Of a DNA stretch of 64,000 nucleotides, positions 39,032 to 51,303 are shown piece after piece (the stretch's first letter is position 1; each line of letters starts with the position of its first letter). This DNA is from Raillietiella orientalis (Eukaryota). The notes under the pieces were generated by a model, which searched no databases, had not been told where the DNA came from, and worked only from the letters and a program-made list of their open reading frames with translations. The stretch lies in assembly GCA_036172245.1 (NCBI GenBank), contig JAYWIR010000048.1, positions 496,001 through 560,000 of the forward strand, in the 5' to 3' direction. Position numbers and translations under genes: made by a program.

Positions 39032-39762
39032 TTCGGCCTTCTTCCGCCTACATTCCCACCGTCTGAGTGACCCCCGAAGCGGCGGTCCCGCAGCCGTCGG
39101 TGCGTCGGTTCGATGCCTATGCAAGGAAACCGTTCGCAGTGACCATAGGCCAACTCCTGATGAGAACCCCCGCGTTCTCGAGCCCAGCTGACAAGGAGGA
39201 TGTCCGGGTCACCACCAGGTCAATCATCATTTCCTCTTCCCTTGGGCGCGGTGCATGTAGCTCTTTTCTTTCGACAGCACTTGCTCGAGGAGACCTTGCG
39301 AACTTGGCCCTTGGCTGTCCCTCGTCCACCGAGTCCGCGATCCCAAGTTCCCTCACCGTGCGTGCCCTTCGGCATCTGGTACAGAGGCTGCCTTCCGCGC
39401 ACGAAACAACCATGGGATTCCTTCGGGACGAGAACGCATCGAGACGCTCCTTCGAAGAAGGTGCGGATGATGACATCGAGGGTGCGGTCCCCGCGTGACG
39501 ACGGGCAGATGGCATACGGGTACGGGACGCGAACCAGTCAGCAGCCTCTGGACCGATTCCTCTCGCCCTCACCGTGCGGCTGGACTTCCAATGCACCGCC
39601 AACGCTCCTGGGGCACTGGTGAACTCATGAAAAAACATACGGACACTGAAAGATTGGGAAAGATTCTGCATGCAGCCTCGCCGCCGGATGAGGATTCATG
39701 AGCATCCGTATCAAGATCTTTCGAGGGCAAATGCAAGAGTCGCGGCAGCAACCTCAAGGAGC
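39032..39762. repeat. Right arm of a 731-bp inverted repeat
   Basis: Reverse complement of 36119-36849. Two internal substitutions were noticed, plus about 4 in the innermost 20 bp. Confidence 0.97.
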
Positions 39763-41996
39763 CAATGCTCCTGGGGCGCTGCCACAAAGCGCAGTGGACG
39801 GCGATGGAGGTTTCGCGCATGCGCAGGTCTTCTGGCTGGCTTGCCGGTCTCCTGCACGTTTATCGCCCACTTTTTCTTGGGAGTAGGGGACTGCTCCTCG
39901 GAGCTGCCCCTTTCTCTAGCTTGGGCTGCTTCCTCCTTCCGGAGTGGCTCTTCGCAGCTTCTCCTCCTGAAGCGCCGCACTCCTGCATCCTCGCATTCGT
40001 CTGTTTTATTTTTCTTCTTCCCCCCTCCTCCCTCGGTCAAGAGCTCGTCCGTAGAGTTAATCATTCCCCACGCTTCCTTCCAACTCGTGTCTTTCCCTCC
40101 TGAGCCCTTCATGCCACCCAGGAAACGGCGAATTCGGCCTCTCCTCGGGAATGTTCCCCTCCCCCTTCCCCTAAAAGAAAAAAATAAAGAGGAGAAGAAG
40201 CTGCCTCTCCCCTCCAAGGGGGTGCAATCAAGGCAAGATAAATGACGCGAATTCCTGCACAAATATGTCCACAGGGCTGTGCAAACGCCGGCATCGAGAG
40301 TTTATTGATGATAGCGATAGGGCCGGATAGAGCGGGCCGGGGACGACCCCTTTCCGGGTGCAGGACACGGCGGAGATCGGCACCTGTTCCTTTCGCGAGT
40401 GCCCTCGAAGGGAAGCGTCGATGCGGGGGGTGGCGTTGAAGGGGTGAAAAAGAACGGGGATGGGGAAAAAGAGAGGCCTTGAACTTCTACCTCTGGACGG
40501 GGGAGGCGTGAGGGGAATCTGCAAGGCATGGGTCGGGGAAGGGGAAAACCAAAAAATCCTGGCGGACCCAGGGAGCTCCGTCGCGGTTTCCCCCTCAGTG
40601 GTCGTGGGAAGGGGGAAATGAGGAAGTTGCATAGCGCCCCACGCCTTGGGAATCGCCTGGAGCTGCACCCCCTTGAGTTCCTTCCTCCTTCTGAAGCGGT
40701 GCTGTGCAGCTTCTCCTGGATGAGAGAATGAGCGCCCACCTCGAGGCCGTCCTCAGGGACCGGCGGTTCCTCTGCCCGAGAGGATACCAAGGCGCGTCGT
40801 CATTAGCGACGCGCTCTCATCCCGGCGGAGGTTGCTCACGGGCACTCCGGACGACGTCCTGAGTCCTCAGCACCTGCGGGACGCGGCGAACTGCAGAAAG
40901 GGAGGCGATGCCTCGTTGCATGCTTCCTGTTGGGGGAAGGAGGATCCCTTTTCACCCATGATTTGTGGATCTCTTCTCTCCTCGGATGCTGCTTCCAGTG
41001 GACCCGCGTTGGGGATGCGTGTTCGTGTCGCCCGCGGGAGGTACGAGTAGCGAGGGGTCTGCATGGGTCCTTAGCCAAGAGGAACCCTGGGGTCCATCGA
41101 CCGCGCCCCCTTCCGGAACTCCCGCCGACGGTGTCCTCGATGTCCTGCATCTTGAAGACCCGCGACCTCAACGCTCAGGGAGTCCTTCAAGACCGCCGAC
41201 ACTCTCGGCACAGACCTTTCGAGTTCTCGGGATTCGACGATCGCGTGATCGGGTCCATTCGTGGGATGAGGAATTAGATTGGGAACGGAAAGTCCTTCCT
41301 CGGTCGTTTTCTTCCCCTGGCGACGCCGCCGAGGCGCTTCAGAACATCCCAGCATCCCCCAGGGCGCGTTCCCGCCGGACGCCGCCGAAGGCGTGACGTC
41401 CGCGAGCTCGGTCACATAGCCGCGCAGGCGGATGTCTCCGAGGCAGGAAGCAGGCCCTGAAGGGGTACCTTCAAGGAACATGTCCACGCTCGAGGGCCGC
41501 TTTCTCTCCGGTATTGCCAGGACTCCCTGCTGCCAGGTCGGGCGACGTATAGGTGGGGGTCGCAGCTCTTCCTCAAGAGATTTCTCTCGGCGGGGAAGGC
41601 AGACGGTCCGGGCGCCAAGCCAGCCGCTTTTCAACGCGGTCGCATCCTCGTTCCCTGCGTGGGCCTCCCGGAAACCCCCCCTGACGCGAGAGAGGCCCGG
41701 AGGATGCCCGCCTCTTCTCAGGAGCCACTGGAAGTTTCCCTTCCCGACTCGGGAGGGAGGAGAGTCACGTGCCTCGGACGAGGGTGTCCCTCTGCGGGAA
41801 GTCAGAAACTTTTGGAGGCTGCGGCGTACGGCCGGAGACCCTGGGAGCCACTGAGGTCTCTCGAGGCTGCCGTGCTGCGGAGGGCGGGGCGAGCGTTGCG
41901 CGGCACCCATCGAGGGTCCAAGGGAAGCCGAGTATCCGCCGCGCGGGTCAGAAGGTAAGGTGCCCCAGAAGTGGTCATTCTGGGAGGGAGGACTGA

Positions 41997-42397
41997 GATC
42001 TACCCGCCCGTGACGGGCACGGGAAGCAGTGCCTCAGACCGATGCCAGCGAAGGTACCACCCGAGTCCGGTTTCAGAGAGTAGGGAGGAAGCGAGTCCAC
42101 TTTCCGACCAAGGTGGAGTGGGGCAATCCCGGATCTGAGTTCCTGCTACGCCTCCCCTCCGCAGGAGAAGCGCTTCTTCGCCGTGGCCGAAAGCCACTCG
42201 AGCGCCTCTCACAGGGGCCGACTCTCCGACCGGCCCCACGCGATCACGAAGTTTGTGTGACGCTTCCTGCTGATCCTGTCGAAGCCTTTCCCAGTTTGCC
42301 TCCCGAACTTGTCGGGGTTTCCTCCCCCCTCCCCATCTTGTTTCCCCTGCTGTTCTCACTCCCTACGTCATTTCCCATCATTTTCCCTAGCCCCATC
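41997..42397 (+). repeat. ~400-bp direct repeat, copy 1, filling the putative intron 41955-42451
   Basis: Collinear with 42707-43112. Shared blocks include CCGATGCCAGCGAA, CCACCCGAGTCCGGTTTCAG, CCCGGATCTGAGTTCCTGCT, GTGGCCGAAAGCCACTCGA, GTGACGCTTCCTGCTGATCCTG and CCATCTTGTTTCCCCTGC. Confidence 0.92.
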
Positions 42398-42451
42398 ATC
42401 CGAGCGGGAGCGTTCTCACCACGTTCCTCCCCCCATCCTTTGCTGTTGCAG

Positions 42452-42636
42452 GGACGGGAGAGGGTGTCTCCTGGGATGCTGACGCCCGCGTGGGGAAGCT
42501 GGAGGAGGTTCCCGGCCTGAAGCTCCAGTCGGCGTACAACCTCGAGGCCATCTCCAAAGGCAGCACCGTCGTATGCGCGCAGACGGGTACCAGCGCCTAC
42601 CTGAGCTGCATCGTCAGCGCCGCCTCCGACCCCATG
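42452..42636 (+). CDS. Internal exon of a Dpr/zig-like Ig-domain cell-surface protein (start of Ig1)
   Basis: Pyrimidine-rich acceptor ...tttgctgttgcAG (42450-42451) and canonical GTAAGT donor (42637). The open frame TGEGVSWDADARVGKLEEVPGLKLQSAYNLEAISKGSTVVCAQTGTSAYLSCIVSAASDPM has GC-rich third positions. V.AQ.G..AYL.C.V is the Dpr-family Ig1 start. The expected next VSW exon was not found in the window. Confidence 0.65.
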
Positions 42637-42706
42637 GTAAGTCTTTGCCGGTTCTTGGCGAGGGAGGCTGCGGAGTGGGTGCGATGCTCCTGCGGCTCGG
42701 GTCACT

Positions 42707-43112
42707 GGTCTACTCCGTCGTGGCGGGCACGGAAAGCCGCGCCTTAGGCCGATGCCAGCGAATTCACCACCCGAGTCCGGTTTCAGGGAACGAGGAGGGA
42801 GCACGTCCACTTTCCTCCCGGGGGAAGTGGGAGTTCCCGGATCTGAGTTCCTGCTGCTCCCTCCTTCCGCGGGAGGAGCGCTTCTTTGCTGTGGCCGAAA
42901 GCCACTCGATCGTCCCCCACAGGAACCCACTATCCAACCGACCCCACGAGATCACGCAGAAGTTTGAGTGACGCTTCCTGCTGATCCTGCCGAACTCCTT
43001 CCCAGTTTGCCTCCCGAAATTATCGGGACTTTCCACCTGCCTCTCCATCTTGTTTCCCCTGCCGTCCTCAATCCCCACGTCGTCGTTTCATGTCATTTTC
43101 CTTGGCCCCATC
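42707..43112 (+). repeat. ~400-bp direct repeat, copy 2, in the intron starting at 42637
   Basis: See copy 1. It is followed by a pyrimidine-rich ccccAG at 43116-43117. Confidence 0.92.
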
Positions 43113-46100
43113 CCCAGATTCCACGTTCAAGTTTTCACGATTTCTGGAGCTGCATCTCTCTTTCGGTGTCGGAAATCTGCTGTCGTATCGGTGATCTCAT
43201 CGAGAAGGGAATCCTCAGGGGTGAAGGGGTCTTCCTCCTGAAGTGCCGCGCAAATTTCGTGAGCATGATTCCATTCTCTACGGTGCAGAAGCAATGGAGG
43301 GATAGAGCACATAGAGATGCGGCTGGCGGAACTCTCTTAATGTCTCCCACCCCCTAGCAGGGGGCTATTATCTCTCGAAGGTTCTCACCATCACAAGAAT
43401 CGCATTCCAGTCTCCCCTTTCGAGTTTCCGTCAGCCGCTCCTCAAAGAGCCTTCACCCTCGACAAATACGGATCATTCGCATCTCCAGGATCGCTAAAGG
43501 CGTTCGGCAGGTCGCGGCGTCCTCTCTGCGACTTTAACTCGAGAAGCCTCCGGTTTGCAGGTGGTACCTTTGAGGGCGATTCGCGCACCCTTCCCCTATC
43601 GATCTGCGCACACACAGCAACTAGCTGAAAGGCAGGCGACCGGTGGCGTCACAGGAGCTTCAAATTGCTGCTTACGGTATCACGAAAAGATCGCCCCCGT
43701 GACCAGGGGAGACAGCAACCTGCGTCAAGGATCCCGAGCGGAGCACGGGTTTCTCAGCTGGTGGCGAGACGAGGGAATGAGAAAAATTGGCGTGCCGGAT
43801 CCTTGGCGACTGAAGAATCTCTGTAGTGGAAAGAGAAAGGGAGAAGCAACAGTCCACGCTCAGAGATGGCGGCGACCGTTGGACCGTCTCTGTTGCTCTT
43901 GCTCCTCCTGGTCTTTTCACCACAGAGATTCTCAAAGATGACGACTGGGTGGAAAAGGCCATCCTACTCGAGGATAGCCGTTGCCCTTCATCCGCTGGAA
44001 AGCGAGTCAGAGTGGGACAGAGCTCCCGGTGCAACCGGGGAGGCTGGCCTGGAAAGTCTACAAAGCAGAAGTCGGCCAGGAAAGAGTGCGGCTCCTGGCG
44101 CGGATGAGCGCAAGGCCTACGGTAGGCGCACTCCCTGTAAGCCAGCATGATGCTGAAGGGAGCGGGATTCTGATCGCCCCGGAAGTTTCATTCGAAAGTG
44201 GTCCTCGAAACCCTCCATATCGAGCGAGAGCGCGGAAAATTCCTTCCGGGGGGGGGAACCAGGCGTTGGTGCAGCCTTTGCAGGACCCACTATTTTCGGA
44301 AGTCGGCGGAGGACCCGGCTGGCGACGAAGCATCTTTTTTCTGGAAACCTCCGACGGAGTTACCGTTTCGACGAGAGGATCTCTCCAGTGGAAGCCAAAA
44401 AGCAGGGTTCGCGATCGAGAACCGCGGTCGCGAGCGTCCCAAGCGCGAGAGATGTGAAGGGCAGCATCGAAAAAGATATGCAGGGGGATCCGCCCGAATT
44501 ATTTATAGGAGAATAAGAGAAGCCGACGGCTGCTTCGAGGGCTGCGATGTGGCAGCGCCTGAAGCACACGCAACGCACGAGGACGTGACACTCGACACCA
44601 CGAGGCGTTCGGCCCCTCCCTTTTTGCCTGGGAGATACTTGAGACGGAGAGTCACGAAGCATCCGACTGCGTAGATGTTTGTTAATCCATTTAGCATGAT
44701 GTCTTCTTGCTCCAGCCTGCAGAGCGCGCCCAAACACAGCGGCGCGAACTTTATGGAACCTCGCTCTGCGTCATCACCCAGATTTTATGTACTCAACCAG
44801 TGTACTCAGTTCGATGCTTCAAGTATCCCAACCTCTTCCGGATCCAAAAACCATCCTTTCTCGGTTCCAGGGACCGAACGCCACGGTTCAGCACAGCTCC
44901 GTTCGCTCGAATCATCCAGTTAAAAGAGGGACGTGCTCCTCCAGGAGGAACGGTGCATCGAGAGCAGGTGTTTCAGACGCGTTCGCGTGGATGGCGAGAA
45001 AAAGCAGGGCGGTTTGATGAAGACGGGGAAAAAAAAAACAATGCTCCATTGCAGAGATGTGCGCGCTCGCGTGACAGAGCTGAAGATCACGCGTTTGCGT
45101 TCCACCTTCGCATGGAGCGCGCGGGTCGGATGCTATGAGCACTCCTCCCAGTCTTGGGAACCCGAACCCGAGCGCTCCCAGAATCCGCTTGTGAAATTCC
45201 CAGATGAGGGGCAAAGTGGCGGTTCGCGCTCCGGGTGAACCTGCGGAGGCGTCTGCCGCACCGAAGCCATCCCGTTTGAAATTTCCACCGCCATCTCACT
45301 CCTCCCCCCCCCTTTCCTTCCTTTCATCTTTATTTACTCGCCGTTTCCGTGCTGAATGCTTTTCATTCCGAATGTCGTGTCGGTGCTGGAAGACTTTGGT
45401 TCTCTGCAAGGAGGATAATCTGGTTTCCCTGATGAGTTCTGCTCTCCATTCCACACACAGACTGGATTCGGGAGGAACTTCGCGGGGTTCCCGGAAACCG
45501 GCATGCATGCGTACCCGCGTTATTGGAATAATCCAGGATTTCTCCGTGTTCGATGCAAATCGTGTCGGGCAAACAGTTTCCGCTTGTTCTAGGGGATTCT
45601 AGAGAGTTTTCCGCCTATTTTCTTCTCCCGGTCCTTCGTTGCGATTCGTCGCTATCTCGCCTTTCGGCTGCACCGAGGATCCCTGCGCACCCACCCTCCT
45701 GGAGGAATGCGAAGACGAAGACGCCCATCAGGAGAGAGCAGGGATGTCCCTTTCTAAGGATATCGGGTGCAAGCACCGCGTAATCGCAAGGGTCTGGGGA
45801 TGCCAGACAAGTGTGTGTCCTCCGGGTGGAGGGACTGGCAGCCTTGCTTATCTTCCCAGCCGTGCTTTGAGCGAGCCGGAGTTCTTTTCCGTCCTTCCCA
45901 CTTCCTGTTGTGCTATTTTCACTGCATTCCCCGGAAGCCACGTCTTTCTACTGCTGTTGCTCTTGCTGGTTGGTTGCTTTTCCCATTCATCCCGGAAGCT
46001 TCGCGACTCCATCTGGAAAGTGGAACGGAGAAACGAGCACCTGAGCAACCGTATTGCACGACAGATGTGTTGTTGCATCGCACATGATTGTCTCCCCTTG

Positions 46101-47039
46101 AGGGACGATTCAGCTGAATTAACAGGTCACTACTCGCCAATGGACGCATAACTTGAGGCGGCTTTTGCTACAGTTCTTGCGAGAGTGAACGAGCAAACAA
46201 GATTGACCCGCGAGATGCTGCACGCACCCACGTAAACATCAAATGAGAATAAGCACTCGGTTTAGCAGATGCCGATGGATGAATGAGTTGATGCTCCCTG
46301 CGACTCTGTCGAAGTCAAGAACTTTCGATGCCCATCGTCCTTGCCGCCCTTCTCCAGAGAAGCATTTTCGATCCACTAACTAAACTGAGCTTCCTGGTTT
46401 TTCTATGTCTGACGCAAGAGTTGATGCCTCGCCCTGAAGACCTCTCCAAACGAGGTGAAGAAAGGGTACGAGGACGTTGCCTCCCTTACCTGAGGGAATG
46501 TTCCTCGCATTAAGGCTGCCAGCGTCTGCCTCGTCCTTTTCCTGGGGTCGATTCCTGTTATCGCGCCAACGCTGACTTGGACCCACCCTCCAGTGGAGCA
46601 GACGGAGCACGCGTCGGAGGCCATGAGTGCTCACGCTCTCCGTGCGTGGCACGAAGAGCCGCGGTGTGAATCCCACTTGGGGAAGCATCGGCGCCAGAGG
46701 AATGGGTGCGTCGTGGGTTCGAGTTTCTCCTGCAAGATATCGCTGGTTCGCTCAGATTCGTTCGAATAAAGCACTGGTAGCGGTTCAAACTGGATGCCCC
46801 GATGAGGGCCGGGACAATGGGAGTCGACCTCCGCCCCCTTCCAGGAAACAGAATCAAGGAGCGGGAGCTCCCTTCCGGTTGTGCCAAGGAGAGGACTTCC
46901 CTTCGGGGGAACCTTCTATGTGTGGTGGGTGTGTCGCCACTTCTCCAGAGAGGACAGAAAAGCGAGCCGATCCCTTCGGGGAAGCAGCGCCCTTCTAAGG
47001 AATTTCGGAAACGTCTCTTCGGGGTTCCCTTCGGAGACA

Positions 47040-47186
47040 ACCAGGGTGGAGGGGTTCCCTTGGGGGATCCCTCCCTAGGAGTCAGAAGAACGGATTTCCT
47101 TCTCCAAAGCCCTTTCTCAATTCATAGGGTAGTCATCTCCCAGGGTACCCTTTATCTTGAAGAATTACACTCACCCTCGGGTGAGG
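47040..47186 (-). repeat. GC-rich interspersed repeat family, copy 3
   Basis: ATTCATAGGGT at 47120-47130, with flanks similar to 21755-21864 in the same orientation. Confidence 0.65.
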
Positions 47187-47619
47187 TGGAACCGTGTTAA
47201 AGAGCCGCATGAGCCGCCGCCAGGGGAGCGATGGCTCTTCAGGTAGTCAGCGAACCAAGTAAAAAAAAAAAAAAATGGAAGGGAAAAAGGGGAAAAAGTG
47301 CAACAGACGCGGAACAGACGGCTGACGGCTAGACTTCTAGTTTGCATCGGAAGCAAATGCATGGGTTCACGTGCCCGCTGCTGCCAGTTTGATGGCGCTA
47401 ATTGTCCGCACGGCTGACAGTAGGGGTGCAGCGTATCAGACCGCATTTGGATGTGCTGTGCAGAGCCTGCTGGATGTGCCTTAAGCTGAAAAAAACACAC
47501 AAGAAAAAACGATTTGGAAACTGTGCAGGACCACTCAGCTCGCACTCTTTTGCTTTCCTTTCCGTAGCCGGCATCCCGTTGTCCCGAAACAAATAGCAAA
47601 ATGCCGCGGTTCGCAACTG

Positions 47620-47900
47620 CCGTCTTCGCTACATGAAGGGGAGACTTGGATTATCGAGGGGAGATCGGCTAAGCTCTCGCTGTCCCTGAGGGCTAACGAA
47701 GATGATTCCTAAGCTATAAGTACCAGAGAGGTCGCTCCCGCAACCGGGCGTTCTTCGACTGGCACAGACACTCACCGCTGAAGCAAAAGTCGCCCGAGGG
47801 AATGGACTAGTAGCAGATTCGTTGGGAAGAAATTGCGGGAACGGGAATGCGGCACGAAGACTCTGCCGGAACTCAACAACGCATGCGCATCGGAAGGAAT
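47620..47900 (+). mobile_element. Possible RTE-like LINE C-terminal relic
   Basis: PSSLHEGETWII...KL (cf. P.LLYG.ETW.L) and, further on, KSRPREW. Confidence 0.25.
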
Positions 47901-50900
47901 GAGGCTGGAAGGAGGAAAGAGGAAGTTTCGTGGAATCCACACGTTAATCTGCCTGCGGCAGTCTTCCGGACTGACACGGCTCGGTCCGGTACACTGGCTC
48001 AGCATCCATTCTCCTTAGCCCATCTGCTGCCTGGAATTATCTAACGCTGTCTGGCCACCAGTTCGGGTGAGAAAAGTGAAAATTAGCCGAGATAAACAGC
48101 CGTCTGCAGGACCTCTCAAGTTTTCTGGAACACTTTTCTGGGATCCAAGAACCCTTGCGATCCCGGGTACTCGATATCCTTGGAAACGGATATCCTCGGC
48201 TCCTGATCGGCATTCTCGTCGTTTTCTACCGGGACGATGAGCAGGGATCCTTGTTGCAGACGCAAGGCAAAGAAGCCATAAATCACAGGAAAAAATCGGG
48301 GATTCTACGTGGGATGCCTGAATATTGCGTCTTTCATCTTTTATGCCTCTGAAATCTATAGTCAGAACTCGTTTTCTGATCGCAAATTTGGTCCAGCTCC
48401 TGGACCAACTCCTATGGCAAAAGGCAGCGTCCTTTCCCCCCCCCCGTTTCTTACTGGGTCCACTTCCGCATGAAATTCAGTCCTTCGAATGCCGCTCGAT
48501 CTTTATGCATCCTGATTTACTTGCGCCCATTGAAGGCCCTTGTGGCTGCGGTCTCTGAGCGTGGCGTACCAAGCGTTGCGGGTTCTAATCTCCACTTAGT
48601 GGACTGACGCCGAGAAACCGGTGCGCCGTGGGTTTTGATTCCTCCCGCAAGATGGCGCTGATTCGCCCACGGGCTTCGGGTGCGACACTGGTTGACACCT
48701 GGTCACGCCAGGGCGTTACTTTATAAAAAATAAACATCCATGTCTGAGCCAGGACGTTTGATCCTGCCACGTTACTTATAAATACGAGAAGAAACCTGCC
48801 GGGAACTGGCACGCGGGCCAGCAGGGTCCGTTTCGGCAACACAGGGGGAAGGGAGACAAAAAAAAAAAAAAAAATAACAAAAAAACATACAGTCAAAAAA
48901 ATAGAGGAGGGAGGGGAGTTCGGGAATGGATCACTGTGTGCTGAAGGGTTTCCTTTGCATCCTTCTAAGGATGCCGGCAAGTTCCTGTTTTCTGGTTCCC
49001 ACATGTTGCCATCTTGACGCTGTCCTCATGAAGAGGACAGAAAAATAAATGGTCTCCCTGTCGTCCTGGTCTCCTCTGACGTTGCTCCATGCCGCCACGA
49101 TCCCGCCGCGTGGGGAGCAGAATGCTGCTGGGGATGCGGCCGGCGTAAAGGCGTCGTGCAGGAAGAGGCGCTTTCAAATGTCTCTGACGTTGACGCCGGG
49201 GCTTCCAAGGGTGCGGCGCTGGTGGAAGCCGAAAACCGGATACGCCCGCTGACTGGCTGGAATTGGAAGTTGATACTTCGGATTCCTTCCAGGACATCAA
49301 AGAGCCTTTAGGGATTCCTCTCCGGATGTGCAAATGGAGCCTTGCATCTCGTACCTTGGAGCTGGTGGATTGCTAAGACTCCAGAGTGCCAAGAAGCGAG
49401 ACGCTCTCTTCAGGGAGCACCCTTCAGAGAAATTTGAAAGCATCCCTTCGGGTTTCTATTCAGAGGAAGAAGCAAGCAGCGATCCCTTGAGACTTCACTA
49501 CGGTGGAGAAATTCCATGAGTGGATCCTTTTCCGGGTTCCCTTCAGAGAGATGAAGAGTGATCCCCACAAACCGGTGGATCCCTCTGGAGAGGGTGGGGA
49601 AGAGGTTCCCTCCAGGTTCCCTTCGGAGAGGACCAAGTCGGAGGTTGCCTCCAAAGCGTGAGAGGAAAGGTGCGTTGGCGTGGAGAAGCATTCAAGAGTT
49701 TTCTGAGAACCCTAAGGAGGCGAGTGGTTCTCAAGTTCCTAGAGAAGGAGAAAAAAGGAAACTGTGGAAAAAAAAAGGAAAAAAAGGTGGAAGGAAGGAA
49801 GCGAAAGAAAGAAGAAACCCTAAAGGATTTCCAAATAGCGCCTGCATTCCACACGTGCACTGATGCGTGCTTCCAGTTCATCCTAGAACCGCGACGGTAG
49901 CCCACTGGACTTTTACATGCCTGACAAGGATGAAAATGGCGAAAAGCCATCTTGAGGGGCTCACGCGGATGAGCTTCTTCCTTAGGCGATGGAGCGATCG
50001 GTCGCGGGTGCTCGTTGTCACAACTACGGAAGCTGTGCAGCGCCCTCAGGGTCCCCTCTCAACGAGAAGTTTTCTGCGGTCGCAACTGCTACACCTGTGC
50101 CAGGCGAGCACGGGGAGGAAACAGATTCATTCCTGCTCCGCGAGACACCTTTCTCTTATCCACGACACTTGGTGGTGGGTGTTGTGGAAAACAGGGGACG
50201 GTGCCAATTCCGGGGATACTGGGTCGGGAGGAACAGGAACAAAATCTCAGTAGGCATTTGAAACCAAACTGATGTCCAGCGGCAGGAAGCTCTCACAGGT
50301 TTCCGTTTTCGAGGAGGCGACGTCTGGTGCCCTCTGGTGGAACGGCGGCGGACCAGGCAGAATGAGAACGGAGCAACCTCGTTCTGTGAGAACGCAGTTC
50401 CGCGATGAAAAGCCTCACACGGAAAGAGCCGTCTCGTTCCCGTCCGGGAACTGGATGGTTTTCGGATGCTCCCATGAGCCGCAATGAGATTCAGAGTGGT
50501 GTTCGTGTGGATGAGCAGTTCCTTAGACTTTGCTAAAAGAAGTAAGGGTTATCGAAGGGCGATTGGCTGAGCTCTCACTTGTTCCTGAGCTGACGCAGAC
50601 GATTTCGGAGCCCACAAGTACCGGGGCGGTCCTTCCCGCAACCGGACGTTCTCCGACCACGCAGAACCTCATCGCCGGGCCGCCTGAGGGAACGAGCATG
50701 CGCGGCTGCTGAGAGGCAGGACGAATAGCGAGGTGGGGTCATTCAGTTCAGGTCAAGAGCTTGGGTACATGCGGTGTGGTCCGTGAGAACAGCCATTCAG
50801 GCTTGGCTGGCCATTGCGGGGATGCAGCTAAAGCGGCTTTCGCACAAGTCCGCATCTCCACCGGTTTTCCCAAGAATCCAGCACATATCCATCGAAACAG

Positions 50901-51251
50901 CACCCTGAAGTTTTGGACGAATTCCATGAGCGTCTTACAAACCGACGATCCCAGCGTGCTCGTTTCGGATGTGGCGAACGCTGAGGGTGCTGCTCAGCTT
51001 GTGAATCGAGCATGCTGCAGCCAGGAGAAGTCTTGACAATCGTGTCTCACTCTCGAAGAGAGGTCAGCTGGTGTCCAATTAAAAAATAGCAAAAGAGAGT
51101 TAGGAGAGATGGAAAGTGTTGTTCTATGTTTTTTTGTTTCCGTCTAGAGGTTTTCTGATTGAGGTCGGCTGACTTCATCGTGGCCAGAATCCGCAATGAG
51201 AGCCCCTCCAGCGGTGCACCGCAACACCTTGCTCTTCAGCACCGCGCTTCA

Positions 51252-51303
51252 AGCAACATCGACTGCAACAAGCAGTGGATGCTTGGAGCTCCGGAAAGCT
51301 GCT
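51252..51303 (-). pseudogene. DEAD-box helicase motif V-like remnant
   Basis: *AAFRSSKHPLLVAVDVA* resembles FRSG..P.LVATDVA. Confidence 0.35.

Noticed and set aside
43866..43940. Signal-peptide-like MAATVGPSLLLLLLLVF
   Set aside because: It coincides with a pyrimidine tract before an AG and lies downstream of the Dpr-like exon, so it cannot be that exon's leader.
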